Below, piece after piece: positions 35,996 to 50,564 of a stretch of DNA of 64,000 bases. Position 1 is the first letter of the stretch. Each line of letters starts with the position of its first letter. Under the pieces are notes generated by a model, which was not told where the DNA came from, did not search any database, and saw only the letters and a list, made by a program, of their open reading frames with translations. The stretch is taken from positions 1,176,777-1,240,776 of the forward strand of contig NC_068997.1 in the NCBI RefSeq assembly GCF_001194135.2. The letters are read 5' to 3'. The position numbers and the translations under genes were made by a program. Source of the DNA: Octopus bimaculoides (taxonomy: Eukaryota).

Positions 35996-38205
35996 AACAG
36001 CTAGAGGTATAACTTGCAAAGTATTTATACAAGTTTATTAAATTATTGTTATGGCGTACTTCATATTTTCTTAATTGAATTTAATTATCTAATTATTTAT
36101 TAAATAATTATTTTCTTAATTAATGTAATAAAATGTATAATAGCTAATTGAAATAAATGTCATAATATATAATATACGGTATGTATATATTTCACTCAAG
36201 GTTAAGTCTGCACAGCCAAAACAGCAGTCTTTAATGAAAGAACGAATAAACGAACCTTAAGCTGTGAACTTATCAAGTTCCGACCATCATTCCATCCCTC
36301 ATCTCGGTTACTTACCCACCACCCAGCGCGTCACCTATCAAGGCAGTGTCACTATTTTCAAAAGTTTAATAACAAGGTTTTAATTTATAAGAAATATTTC
36401 CATGAATTTAGAACATCCTAGTAACAAATGTTAAACTACAATTTGTGTGATTTCTATAAACAAAATATGGTTATAAGATACTGCGATCAAATGTCCTGCC
36501 TCCTTCCTACTCATAGTTCTTGTTTTAAAACGCCTGAAAGTTTATTCGACTAGAGTTAATTCCACACAAGACGGTTTGTCATGTATAAGACAGACACTAA
36601 AAGCGAAGATTTCCCGACCAAATTTTTTCTGTACAGACAGTGAACAATCTTGCAGATGTTGCGAACCTTACACACTGAGATAATGCAGTCAGAAAATTAA
36701 ATTAACATTAGGTGTTTTTGTGTACCTATCCCTCAGAAACCTAGATATTATAATAATATGATCAGCTTTTTGTTTCATTATTTGGCTGATGAAAAGTTAT
36801 AAGTGACCAGACAAGTTCACATCCTTAGCATTATAAATGATTTTATGACGCAATATATTTTTTATTAAATAATTTCATTTTTATGCTAATTTCACTTTGA
36901 ATAGCCATTCATTCTCAGGAGGTAAAATGTGTCATTTTTAAATCATTAATCTCATTTAGAAGTGGCCAAGTCTTACAAATACTACAAGCAGTATGATTTG
37001 ATGCTTAAAAAGACAAATCGATAAGATAAATTACATGGAAGCTCCTCTGCATGATGAAAGAATATTTACGTTTGTATATTACCCAATGCTGTCTTTTCCC
37101 TATCAATTAAATATCTATATTTCAATGTTTCAATGTTTCTATTGACACATTTGCCAGATATTGTCGGCTACTAGTATTAAAGCATTGTCTGTTGGTTTGA
37201 GGTTCTGGGTTCTGGTCTTCCTATAAGCCATAATAGAAACACTCGACCACAGCTTATCAGTGGCATCCGTTACTACTTCACAGAATCAATTAAAAGGCAT
37301 TAAAAGTTTAGTACATAGAACGTATGACACGACAGTAATAGTGAAAAGTCTTGTCATAAACGTCCGCAGAAAGCGTAGTCATTTGTATCTGAGCTGTGTT
37401 TTATTAATTCACGGATAACGAAATGGAAAGACGCTGTCCGTAGGATTTGAATTTAGTACAAACAGACTCGGACGAGAAAATTTGACGTACTCACTTCCCT
37501 AAAATTTGCAACTAGTTCATGTCCTAAATTTCTTTCTTCTAATCCTGTTGGTATTGACTTTTACTTTATTTTATTTCTGTAGCTAATGTAATAAGTTACT
37601 AGTTATTCAAATATAAAAGTGTTGTCTTTGAAACTTGCATTTGATAAAAGTCACAAACCCGCAGCCATTTAAAGGAAGTGTGACTTAATAATTTAATTAT
37701 CAACTGAATATTTTCCAAGGTGGTTTTCATTGATTAGTAAATACGTATATTTTCAATGTTATTAACTTGTTGTAAACTCGCGGGCTTTTAGAATTTTATG
37801 AATAACAGAAAAAAATATTTACATTTACAATATTAAAATCATTTGTTGTAATATATAATTGAATTTGAAATAATCTCAACTTTTTGAAATCTTATACTTC
37901 ATCCAAATTATGCTGATGGCTCATAGATAATTTTTCTTTTACTATTTTCTAAACCATGGAACCAACCTCCCTTCTTAGTCTCCCCTTTCTTCCTGTCCTT
38001 CACACATTCTCTCCATTAAACTGAAGTAAATTAAATAAACTTACTTAACAATAAAACAAAATCAAATTTTGAGAGAACCACAATTTATTCTAAATGTATT
38101 GCTCAGTTCAACGAATTCAGAATATTAAAAAGCGGATCTCAATTGGATCATTGCCCTGCCAGTATATTAGCAGTTCTTTTACTTTGATGATGTAATAACA
38201 TATTA

Positions 38206-38261
<56 letters not shown>

Positions 38262-40159
38262 GCATACACACACACATAGGCACGCGCCCGCGCGTAGTTA
38301 TACCGCTTTCTTGTATTGGTTCCTAACTCAAAGTTCATGCAACAGAATGGAATTTCCAACAGACTTCCACTGAAACAAAGCTGAATAACCGCTTCCACAG
38401 ATTATAAAAGTGGTTTGAAATGGTAAAGCAAGCATCCGTTTACAGATCTCATGAAATGTTAGAATAGGGGCTATGAGTCATTACATTTAATTATAAACAT
38501 TTTAGGCGTGAGCTATTTCCCTTGCATTGGTTAAAACCAAGAAATTGCATATTTCTTAAAGAAATATTACGTATTTAGAAAAGTGATTTATCATCGTATT
38601 ATCACGAAGACTTACTTCTTTCTTAAACATATCTATTTTGAAACATCAAGCGTAATATAAACTTCTATATTTTCAGAATCAAATTGTTTAACAAGTTGAT
38701 AGTTTATCTAGACGCCCTTTTTATCAAAAGGCTGAGTTACACAAAGCTGAATTGTTGAAATACAATTTCCTCCTTCAAAATGGTTTGGCGACACTATTAT
38801 TTATTATTATTTATTATTATTTATTATTATTTATTATTATCTATTATTATTTCTTATTATTTCTTATTATTTATTACATGTATTTGTTGTATATATCTGT
38901 GTCGCCTGTCGTTTCAGTACACATTTTCATGTTGCTGTTATTGAATTCACCGTACCCGACTAAACATCACCTTTCTCGTATATCATTACACTCTTGTTTT
39001 CCCCGCTATATGTTTATATGTTCTAAGTTCAAATCGCGCCGATGTCAACCTTTCATTATAACCTTTGGGGTAGATAAAATAAATTACTGCCCCGATTTCA
39101 TCTCAGCTAATTAGGAAAATAGGATACACATAAATAACTATATTGTCTTATCTAAGGAAAACCTGTCACGGCGACTGACAATGTCAGAAAGCTAGAAGAA
39201 AGTTGTTGACGGTAAGATCTCTCGGAAACTCTCCAGTCCAGAGTACCATGTGTCGTAAAACTTTTCTATACCTTTTCTCGGTCCTAATCGAACAGTCTCA
39301 CCTGTGAGGTCCCTTTATTCTATAACAAAGACGTATGAGAATCTAGGTACTTTAATGAACTATCCCAACAAATTAAGAAGACGCCACTATCTTGAGAAGA
39401 CACCATCTTAAAATGCTCAGACTCAGTTCGGTGCAACGTTGTCGTGAACAATAAATTAGTCTTGCATTGGGGAAAATACATCCTAAAAGTTACCCAAGTG
39501 ATGTTTGCTTCAATTTAAAGAAAATCATTCAAAGTTGGAGCAGCGTACCATCCGCTTACTCTGATGCCTGAACTTACAGAACAAAACTACAAATGTAAAA
39601 AATGGACTGAAGATAGATTCCTCTAAAAATAAGAGAAAACGTCGAATATGTTTTGACCTACAGCAGTTCGATTACGTTATGGTGGTCTTAAAATCAGAAG
39701 ACTTTAGCAGGTGAGGTTATTAAGTTAAACTCGACCTGGGTCAATATTGAGAGAAACCTATATAAGTTAATATGAGGGACATAGAAGCGTAACAGAAAAG
39801 AAAGAGTTTGCTGGTGTATTTAATATTCTCATATAGATACAATAACTTAAGCACGAGGTGTCCCGTTTATGATATTCTACTTGGTTCGCCTCAGTAAAAC
39901 AAAGCAGAGGTTATTCTAGTGCTTCAAGGAGGCAAAGTGCAGTATAATCCATTTTAAAGCGTTTCATTTCCGAATATAAAGTCAATATCATAAGTTATTT
40001 GTATTAGAATAAATCGAATTTAATGTTCGATATGAGATTTTTAATGATTTATTTGATGGTTGAAGTGTGAAGAAAGATAATTTCCACACTTTATAATGCC
40101 ATATCATTCTCCGGAAGATTTCATTCTGATTTTAACCTTTCCATGTTGTTTTGTAATAC

Positions 40160-40533
<374 letters not shown>

Positions 40534-41124
40534 ATGTCGTACATTAAACATCCAAATATCATACGAGACAAATATATCCGGATGCACTTAATAGACTCTT
40601 TAAATCAGTAAAAAAAGTTTATTAGGTGCATCTGACTTTTCCCCTCTCCCTCCTTTGACTGAGCATCGCATTTTAAGCGTGAAATATGTTCGGTTTTGAT
40701 AATATTTCATAATTTATGAAAGACAATTATATGATAAGAAGTTAAAGATGAAATATCCGTGGAAATTAAACTATAATACGTCACTTGTAGATTTATTAGA
40801 ATATTTCCTACAGAACGCCATTTTATGAACTTGACATTGGGAAATAAAAAGAAAAGAAAAATAACAAACAAAAGATTAAATGCGAAAAAATAAAACGCGG
40901 CTGAGATAGTTTCCATATTAAAGAATTTCATAATATAGCTAGGGATATGTCACTGTTGTAGTGTCAATTCTCAGTTATTGCTATTTCGGTACATTTTTAA
41001 TGCTTATCCTGTTTACGTAGGTAAATAACGTTATAACTTCCTGTTCCCACCCTTTAACACTGTTGACTTCCTGTCCACGAAATGGGTCGATATGAACAAT
41101 CTGAAGATAAATGAGTTCCTTCAG

Positions 41125-41188
41125 GTTCACCTGCTTTCGTCAAACAGGCGAAAGAGGAACTGCACAAACGATGCCTAGCAGCCTGCAG
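41125..41188 (+). CDS. Candidate 64-nt coding exon (phase 1-2): (G)SPAFVKQAKEELHKRCLAAC(R)
   Basis: Acceptor gagttccttcag|, donor CAG|gtaaca; GC-balanced unique sequence; open frame. Confidence 0.35.
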
Positions 41189-41379
41189 GTAACAATGATT
41201 TCTGGAGAGAAATCTGTTAAATGTAGCTTCTCTAAGTAAGCAATTTTATAATTACTTAGACTGAGATCATATAGAATATATAAGCTAGCGGTTTCCAACA
41301 TTTTTACTCCTATTTAAAATCTCTTGGCAACTTTTTGAAAGTGAATTTACTTTCGCTCTGTCATAATAATACGTTTTAA

Positions 41380-41785
41380 TATCGACACAAGGCCGGCAAC
41401 TTCGAGGGAAGAGGTAAGTTGATTAGATCGATCCCCACTGCTCAACTGGTACTTATTTTATCGAACCAGAAATAGTGAAAGACAAAGTCGACCTCGGTGG
41501 AATTTGAACTTAGAACGTAAAGGCGAACGAAATGCCGCTAAGTATTTTGTCCGGCGTGCTAACGATTCTGCCAGCTCACCACCCTGTATATTGGTTTCAA
41601 CTTTTGGCTCAAGGCCTGTAATTTTGGATGCGGAGCTAAGCCGATCAGTTCGACCCCAGTGCTCAACTGGTACTTATTTTAACGACCCCCGAAAAAGTGA
41701 AAAGTAAAGCCAACCGTTTGAACTGAGAAAATTAAGTTGAACGAAGTACCCAGCGTGTAAACGATTCTGCCATCGCCACCTTGGT
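41380..41785 (-). mobile_element. Two tandem SINE-A copies (41380-41585, 41590-41785)
   Basis: Family A motif set repeated twice in the same orientation. Confidence 0.9.
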
Positions 41786-42905
41786 GATGATGATGGTGAT
41801 GATATCGTATAACGATATCAGTTCTTTTATTTAGGAAGCTAGAATGGGCAGATAGCTGAACTTAATACAGTCTTCTTAATTAGACTGCTCCATTAGCAAC
41901 ACAGAAATTAACAAGTATGCAATGCAAATTGTTATATCCCAAGTGCTATAAAAATAAAGCTTATTTCGAATCCAGCACATATTCCGGCTGGGTATTTAAT
42001 CTACTCCCAGTTTGGGAACTCTGATTTAATTAGACTTAGTAAAGCACAAGATACTGGATTTTTAATGATTCATAATCTTTGAAGAATACCTTGTGATAAT
42101 TCTGACAAATATCCCTAAATTAAAAAAAAAAAGTGTATCCATTTGGTTAGACAGGCTCTTTAGTTCATTAGCTTGGTTTACGCATTACAACCATTCAGTG
42201 TTTTTATGTCGTTTGTGTGTATTTCCAGGTCTATTGATTTTTTTTGGTTTTTTTTTTCGTTTTTTTTTTCTGTATATGTGGCATCTATAAATGGGCAGAT
42301 TAAGTTGTTGCTGTTTGCATCTGGCTGATGTGGATGTTAGAAAGAAATGTCTCAACATAGATTTAAATGTTTCCTTATTAAAAATATAAGAAATATATCG
42401 CAAACAACTCAAGAGATCAGGTAACCTTCCCCTGTAAACTCGTGATACTCTATGACGATGTGCTTATTTTCATAAAATAAAATTTATCCTTCATGAAATC
42501 CTAATAAGAAATTGCTATATTTAAAACATTTCACGTGTTATCAATGGCTATTTAATGATTACATGTCCACGTAAAACGTCGTTTGTACATCATCATAGAT
42601 TCTATGCAGTATCTATAGTTTCGATATTTAGCTTTCACCAGCCTAGTCCAGGTAGAAGTATTATTTCACAAGTTCAGTTAACTGTTGTAGATAACAGGTT
42701 CACTAATAGATGTTTCATAAGCATGTAATGCTCATACAGACATTGAGGACCGACCAGTAACCCGTTAACAATAATTTTCTTTCTGGAAAATCAGGTAGAT
42801 ATTCCGCAAATAACATCCATAGCAAATTGTCAACAAGCTGACGATAACCAGTTTTAATGTAATAAAAAGAGATAGTAAATATCCTCACTTGCTCAAAATA
42901 TCGAG

Positions 42906-42906
<1 letters not shown>

Positions 42907-42985
<79 letters not shown>

Positions 42986-42998
42986 CATTATTATTATT
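42907..42998. repeat. (ATT)n microsatellite
   Basis: Direct reading of the sequence. Confidence 0.97.
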
Positions 42999-44990
42999 TT
43001 CAATAGTTGCAGGCTTTCTTATATCTTCTCCATAATTTAAGAAACCGGAGGAGCGCAAGGAAAGATTCAATTTCGATCTATAACAAGGAATCTAATTAAC
43101 TAGCGCAGTAAGAAATTAACCACAAAAGTCTTGCTTCTCAGGAAATGGTTTATCTGTAACAGAATTATTTACACTGCTCCCGGTCTCAACGATGGATCCA
43201 TGTTACTAAATAACTTGCAGGCAACAAATTCTTCATAAAACGATTTAATTATTTGGAAGGAAAACATGCCCCATCCACGAATCTCGATGTACATCTACAA
43301 CTAGATTTATATGTAGGTAATAGACAGATATGTATGTGTGTATGTGTGTGTGTGTGTTTGTATGTACATGTGTGCACGTTTATGCATGTATATTTATGTA
43401 TATATATATATATATATNNNNNNNNNNNNNNNNNNNNNNNNNNNNNNNNNNNNNNNNNNNNNNNNNNNNNNNNNNNNNNNNNNNNNNNNNNNNNNNNNNN
43501 NNNNNNNNNNNNNNNNNNNNNNNNNNNNNNNNNNNNNNNNNNNNNNNNNNNNNNNNNNNNNNNNNNNNNNNNNNNNNNNNNNNNNNNNNNNNNNNNNNNN
43601 NNNNNNNNNNNNNNNNNNNNNNNNNNNNNNNNNNNNNNNNNNNNNNNNNNNNNNNNNNNNNNNNNNNNNNNNNNNNNNNNNNNNNNNNNNNNNNNNNNNN
43701 NNNNNNNNNNNNNNNNNNNNNNNNNNNNNNNNNNNNNNNNNNNNNNNNNNNNNNNNNNNNNNNNNNNNNNNNNNNNNNNNNNNNNNNNNNNNNNNNNNNN
43801 NNNNNNNNNNNNNNNNNNNNNNNNNNNNNNNNNNNNNNNNNNNNNNNNNNNNNNNNNNNNNNNNNNNNNNNNNNNNNNNNNNNNNNNNNNNNNNNNNNNN
43901 NNNNNNNNNNNNNNNNNNNNNNNNNNNNNNNNNNNNNNNNNNNNNNNNNNNNNNNNNNNNNNNNNNNNNNNNNNNNNNNNNNNNNNNNNNNNNNNNNNNN
44001 NNNNNNNNNNNNNNNNNNNNNNNNNNNNNNNNNNNNNNNNNNNNNNNNNNNNNNNNNNNNNNNNNNNNNNNNNNNNNNNNNNNNNNNNNNNNNNNNNNNN
44101 NNNNNNNNNNNNNNNNNNNNNNNNNNNNNNCACAGAAAATACAATGAAAACGTACTCCTCAGCTGCATAATGGAATTTCATTTTAGAAAGTCATTTTGAA
44201 GATGTTTGCAAAAAACAAGAGTAAGAGAAGAAAACACATGTCGACTATGCTGCTGTTTCACAGACAAGTGAATCAAACAAGAATTTAAAATGTAATTGGA
44301 GGGATAGTAGTAATTTCAGATTTAGAGGAAGGCAGGTTAAGTAGTGGTGGACAGCAGGTTAGGGGTAAATCAAGCACGAGAGAAAGAAAAAAAAAAGGAA
44401 ATGGAAGGGCAATACCCTAAGGAGTGGTAAGAATTTGGAAAACATTTAAGGTAAGGGAATTAAGGTCAAGGTATTAAAGAAATATATCTATTCTACAGTA
44501 TAAATAGAATAATACAATGAAGCACTGAACTACTAAGTTCAAAACTATAGGGAACAATAATAATTAGAACAAGATAACATATCCAGTTAAAATAAGATAT
44601 AAATTAACGTGGGTGGTATTATTTATGGGTAAAACTATAATATTAATGGCCAAAATCCAAACAGAAAGAAAGCGGGGAAGAGGGAAGAGGAAAAAAGGGA
44701 GAGGAATAGAGTTAGAAGAAACAGGACTAAATTAAGAGAAATAAAGCTATATATATATATATATATGAGAAAAGAGATGGCAAAGGGACAAACATCTTGT
44801 GAACTTCATTCGCTTACAAATGTTTCCACTATGAGATACGATGAAGTTCATAAGATAATCGTTTATTCCTTTGTCATCTTTTTTCTTATTACTACCCCGC
44901 ACTCGACTAACGCTTCTTTCAACAGCATACGTATACTGAGTTCTATACCAGGTTACTAATATCGTAATGCCAAAGCGAAATACATACACA

Positions 44991-45052
<62 letters not shown>

Positions 45053-45068
45053 AACACACACACACACA

Positions 45069-45109
<41 letters not shown>

Positions 45110-45278
45110 AAATGTGTGTGTGAGTAGCATCATACATACGTGTGTGTACCAATTCATCTTTTACTTGCCGCACCCTAAAGTATCACCCTTTACTCAGTAG
45201 ATGGACGAACTTCATAGTCCCTTTCTCATTAGCGAGATTGATAAACGAGCGTGGATGAGTGTGGTTCAATTTCTGCAG

Positions 45279-45378
45279 GGGAAATTTTGGGACAGAAGAA
45301 ATTTTCAAGGGTTGCAGTTCCGAAATTGAAGAAATGGAAAAAATGTATCGTTGGAGCTGTAAAACATATCAGAAATGA
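45279..45378 (+). CDS. Candidate terminal exon (phase 2 to stop): (R)GNFGTEEIFKGCSSEIEEMEKMYRWSCKTYQK*
   Basis: Acceptor caatttctgcag|; frame compatible with the 41125-41188 candidate. A second frame is also open, so the assignment is ambiguous. Confidence 0.2.
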
Positions 45379-45711
45379 TGCGATGTTTTGTTGGTGTTTC
45401 GTTTCTGGTCTGCAGCGGAAGTAAACTGACGCTTATTTTACTGCGCCCTTTCTAGGGTTAACAATTGCAAATACACACTGTTTGTCATTAACTTCAAAAC
45501 ACAGTCATTTCTGTTATCTATTTACCTGTGATGTAAATAATTTATGATAATTGTCTTGTTTCCATGGTATTTTGAAGAAAAATATCAATTATTTTCTGTC
45601 AAATAAATAAACATCAACAGCAATAACTTCTCAGATAGCTGACAGAGCGGTAGCGGCTTCTATAAACAATGATTATTCAATGTGTATTTTTGCATCTTAC
45701 AGTCGTTCTAT

Positions 45712-45895
45712 ATGTTGTTTAACCCCAGGATATTCTCGATCGAACATACTGTTATAATCCAGTTTCTTTCTCAAGCACAGTGAAGCGAAAGCTACAGCAT
45801 GCAAAGTGTCTTTATTTAGAAGACACTAATGGTGTCATATGAGAGGGAGATGTGGCTACTATTTGTAGAATCCCACATCGTTCGCTAATATCTCT
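45712..45895 (-). mobile_element. Family D repeat (inverted)
   Basis: gttgtttaaccccagg..ctcgatcgaac...gagagggagatgtggctactatttgtag is the reverse complement of family D motifs. Confidence 0.5.
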
Positions 45896-46094
45896 GAGCT
45901 AAAGGAACGAACCGCAAAAAGATATGTACGTAATATATAGAAAAGAATATCCGAACCGCATACTTTGTCAACCGTATTTGAAGCTGAACCTAATATATAT
46001 AATGTATCTGAATAAATATTGTTATACTTGGGGATGGTCATATTTTGCCAATTAAACATATGCACTATATATTTGGTCTTCACTTTATTATTAT

Positions 46095-46657
46095 TACTGA
46101 GTGAGAGAGCAGTGCATGGCATCAAAGCGACACTGGGGTAATATATATGAAGCCCAATATACCCATCATGACTACCCGTCTTATAAGGGTAGACCAGGCA
46201 CATGCATCACAACCATAAATGCGTGACATCGTGATCTCATATAAAAATAAACAGCGCATGACCTTGAAGATGGGGCCCAGTTAGAATTTTTTTCAGTTCG
46301 AATAGCCCATCCCACTCAAAAGGTTCCTGAATAAGGGTTGTTTAAGGATGTTGAACGAAACAGGCATGTTTCCAGAGGTGAATTAACCAAATCCCCCCAA
46401 ATTCCCCTCAACACATGGCTATGATGCTCCCACACTACTTCTACTCGTGATCAGAGTTGCACTTATCGTCAGTCACTAAGGGACATGTTCAACTGGTCAA
46501 ACAACTGGTCAAACAACTGACAAACAAATCTGTGGTATTGAGCAGAATAATTGCTGCAGCCTATCTTTTATACCAAGACAAAACAACGTATATGATAACA
46601 TTTCCAATCAGTTAAGATGAGAAGCCATGAGAGCCAGTGTCTGGTACTGCATCAGGG
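46095..46657 (-). mobile_element. Family E interspersed repeat, ~560 bp, apparently complete, ending in a short (AAT)n on its sense strand
   Basis: Contains the block shared with 34862-35026; minus strand starts gccctgatgcagtaccagacactggctctcatggcttc and ends ctctctcactcagtaataataat. Orientation is inferred from this tail. Confidence 0.7.
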
Positions 46658-46658
<1 letters not shown>

Positions 46659-46729
<71 letters not shown>

Positions 46730-46739
46730 NNNNNNNNNN

Positions 46740-46779
<40 letters not shown>

Positions 46780-46800
46780 GTTATTATTATTATTATTATT
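46659..46800. repeat. (TTA)n microsatellite (contains a 10-N gap)
   Basis: Direct reading of the sequence. Confidence 0.95.
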
Positions 46801-47097
46801 CAGTAGTTTTATTTTTATAATGTGCTTTCATTGCACTACCGAGCGCAGCACTATGTGCCTTGGGTAGGTGCTGTGGTTTGCTGTGATGCTCTTGTAGTTA
46901 CTGTATTGAAAGTGTTTTACGTAGGATGTGTGCGGTGCCTAGTAGTGCTATTTTCTGTATGTTATTTATATTTGTTAGTCCTGGTGTTTTTGTTATGTAT
47001 TTGTCTGAATATTTTTTTTATCATACTTAATGCATCCACTATGATAGGAATTGTTTGTTTTTAGACTCCACATTCGAGTTACCTCTATTTCCAGGTC
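46801..47097 (-). mobile_element. 3' end of an R4/Dong-like element (subfamily 1) with (AAT)n tail
   Basis: Minus strand: IDLEIEVTRMWSLK..IIVDALSMIK..IQKIALLGTAHILRKTLSIQ*, then a 3' UTR ending aaaactactgaataataat. Confidence 0.85.
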
Positions 47098-47133
<36 letters not shown>

Positions 47134-47134
<1 letters not shown>

Positions 47135-47830
47135 TACTTTTAATCTGCATGTTTGTTACAATCACTTACCGAGACACACCCAGCGTCCTAGGGTGAGCGA
47201 AGGATAAGAGATATTACAGTATAACTGAGAGCTCGGGGAGGGGAAATGGCAGAGGCAGTAGCAAAATATCTTCATGTAATACAACACAGACATTTAAATT
47301 GATAGGGTTTTTCTAAGGATTTTGGGCAGTACTTGTCAGCACAATCTTTTGGATTTCTCCGTGACATGGTTCTCTTGGGATGTTATCTAGAAGTCTCCGA
47401 CAACCCTTTTTTTTTATCATACCTAGGGCACCTATAATAACAGGAACAGCTCTTGCTTTAAGATGCCACATCTTTTGTATTTCAATTTCAAGGTGATTAC
47501 ATAATTTATAAAATTTCTTTACAGATATATCTTTATCAGTGGAAGCACTTAAATCTGTTAACCTACAAGTATTTTCTGCCCTGTCTTTAATAATTATGTC
47601 TGGTCGATTAGTTTGGATCGTTCTGTCGGTGTTGACTGTAAAATCCCAAAGGATAGGGACAAGTTTACTTTCAGCGACTGACTCAGGATGACGTTCATAC
47701 CAGTAAGCAGGAGTGCCAATTTTGTAGTGTTTAGATATTGTCCAATGTAAATACTGTCCTATCTTATCGCGGCGATTTTGTATTCGTTTGATGTCAGCAC
47801 AGGACATCCCAAAACGACATGGTGTATTGT
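47134..47830 (-). mobile_element. 3' end of an R4/Dong-like element (subfamily 2), RLE domain, with (AAT)n tail
   Basis: ORF 47313..47807: RRDKIGQYLHW, ILWDFTVNTDRTIQTNRPDIIIKDR, VPVIIGALGMIK, IQKIVLTSTA; a 3' UTR different from subfamily 1; (TTA)n at 47098-47133. Confidence 0.88.
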
Positions 47831-48313
47831 TTCGTCAAACGTGTCGGAAAAACTGCACTTAGGGTCAGAAATTAAAGTTATTCTATAACAATATCTGTTT
47901 CAACACACGATTTCACATCAAGAGTATTGATAAACAAATGCATGAACGTATCTGAATAAAGTTTGTGGGTAAAATGTAAGTGCAGGGAAAAAGGCTGGGA
48001 GACACTTTAGAGCATAAAATGTAGGTGACTTTCTTCGATAGTTCACTACGTCTGCTAATTTCTTTATAGGTTTTGATACAGAGCTAGAGAGAAATGCTCT
48101 GTAATGCCATGAGGGTGAATGGTAGGTCAATGGTAGCTTTGGAAGTGAAAGCTGAACATTAGTGGCCCACATATACATGCACGATAATATATTTTCTCTA
48201 TAGACATCTTGTGTTATTTAAGACACAATCGATTACGATTTGAGTTTAGAACCGTCTAAAATCGAATTTCAATCTATAGGCTCTCTAATCCACCACTGCA
48301 TTAGTCATTATGA

Positions 48314-48344
<31 letters not shown>

Positions 48345-48744
48345 NNNNNNNNNNNNNNNNNNNNNNNNNNNNNNNNNNNNNNNNNNNNNNNNNNNNNNNN
48401 NNNNNNNNNNNNNNNNNNNNNNNNNNNNNNNNNNNNNNNNNNNNNNNNNNNNNNNNNNNNNNNNNNNNNNNNNNNNNNNNNNNNNNNNNNNNNNNNNNNN
48501 NNNNNNNNNNNNNNNNNNNNNNNNNNNNNNNNNNNNNNNNNNNNNNNNNNNNNNNNNNNNNNNNNNNNNNNNNNNNNNNNNNNNNNNNNNNNNNNNNNNN
48601 NNNNNNNNNNNNNNNNNNNNNNNNNNNNNNNNNNNNNNNNNNNNNNNNNNNNNNNNNNNNNNNNNNNNNNNNNNNNNNNNNNNNNNNNNNNNNNNNNNNN
48701 NNNNNNNNNNNNNNNNNNNNNNNNNNNNNNNNNNNNNNNNNNNN

Positions 48745-48776
<32 letters not shown>

Positions 48777-48779
48777 GTC

Positions 48780-49345
48780 ACTGTCGTAACGGTGGATCAT
48801 CAAGTCGTGCTTATTGCACGGATCGCTGTGATTTGTTCTAGATCTTCTCGTACACTTGTGCGTTCTATGTACGCTCGATGTAGTCTACCAGCATTGACGT
48901 ACCCGTGCTTCGGTTTCCAGAAAAGAACGTCGCTTATGATCTCATCCTTTGCTCTCCAGCAATGTCTAACAGATCTTATTCTTTCTCTAATGACGTGTGA
49001 TATTGGTGATACATTACCATGAAGAAATTCTTTCGTAAGGTGTTGTCTACAGATGTCCATAGCAACTCAAAGCATTGTTGTATAAGTTCCGTCAATTTTG
49101 TTTTCAAAATGCTTTGTTAGAGTCCATGTTGTTCGTCCATGTAACAGAACTGACTGTACAACCGCCCGAAAGAAATTATGTCTCAAAATTAATGGAAGCT
49201 TAGATTTCCACACCCTTGATGATTCACTTATGACTGCTCAAGCTTTACAGTTTCGGACATCAACGTCACTTGCAAACAGATCTTCCTTTGCAATTTTACT
49301 TCCAAGGTATGTGAATTCGTCAAAAGTTTTCAAGGATTTTCCAGA
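48780..49345 (-). mobile_element. RTE-clade LINE 3' fragment
   Basis: EFTYLGSKI and HCWRAKDEIISDVLFWKPKHG motifs on the minus strand. Confidence 0.8.
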
Positions 49346-49369
49346 AGTGGAAGCATGACGAGATGATTT

Positions 49370-49510
49370 GATTAAACATTGGTCTGTGGCCATGCTGAAG
49401 CATCGTCTTGTCGAATAAATCAACCCCAGTCTTATTTTTGAAAGTCTGATTCTTCCACTTTGTTTTTACTGGCATAAATAAACCAACACTGGCTTGCCGA
49501 ACGGTGGCAC
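49370..49510 (-). mobile_element. SINE family B 3' fragment (truncated by microsatellite and gap)
   Basis: gtggccatgctgaagcatcg...gtcgaataaatcaaccccagtcttatt...aaccaacactggcttgccgaacggtgg. Confidence 0.65.
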
Positions 49511-49521
49511 AGACGCACACG

Positions 49522-49586
<65 letters not shown>

Positions 49587-50509
49587 NNNNNNNNNNNNNN
49601 NNNNNNNNNNNNNNNNNNNNNNNNNNNNNNNNNNNNNNNNNNNNNNNNNNNNNNNNNNNNNNNNNNNNNNNNNNNNNNNNNNNNNNNNNNNNNNNNNNNN
49701 NNNNNNNNNNNNNNNNNNNNNNNNNNNNNNNNNNNNNNNNNNNNNNNNNNNNNNNNNNNNNNNNNNNNNNNNNNNNNNNNNNNNNNNNNNNNNNNNNNNN
49801 NNNNNNNNNNNNNNNNNNNNNNNNNNNNNNNNNNNNNNNNNNNNNNNNNNNNNNNNNNNNNNNNNNNNNNNNNNNNNNNNNNNNNNNNNNNNNNNNNNNN
49901 NNNNNNNNNNNNNNNNNNNNNNNNNNNNNNNNNNNNNNNNNNNNNNNNNNNNNNNNNNNNNNNNNNNNNNNNNNNNNNNNNNNNNNNNNNNNNNNNNNNN
50001 NNNNNNNNNNNNNNNNNNNNNNNNNNNNNNNNNNNNNNNNNNNNNNNNNNNNNNNNNNNNNNNNNNNNNNNNNNNNNNNNNNNNNNNNNNNNNNNNNNNN
50101 NNNNNNNNNNNNNNNNNNNNNNNNNNNNNNNNNTATATATACGCACACACACTGGTATCCACCATTTTCTATTAGTATAATGAGAATAATGGTACTAAAA
50201 ATAACATTATGGAGCACCATCAACCAACACACGCGCGCGCGCGTTTACACACACACACACACACACGATGACAGCGATATATATGCAAAATGCGAATAGA
50301 CGTAAGATATAGTTATAACAAAGATGGAACTGTGCGCAGCATTACACACTCTCACGCATACACACACAAACCTGCACATGCTCACCTACTCAACAGTTAT
50401 CTATATTTTATACTTTCACGCTATATTTACAATCACGCAATACAATATTAACTTTCCTCCAGGGAAAACAGATTACGAATTAAAATGGCGACACTCAGCC
50501 ACACTCACG

Positions 50510-50564
<55 letters not shown>

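Noticed and set aside
37490-37546. Minus-strand candidate exon GLEERNLGHELVANFRE|gtgagt
   Set aside because: Strong donor, but the acceptor lacks a pyrimidine tract.
39140-39760. Possible decayed transposon coding sequence
   Set aside because: No diagnostic motif could be read in any frame.
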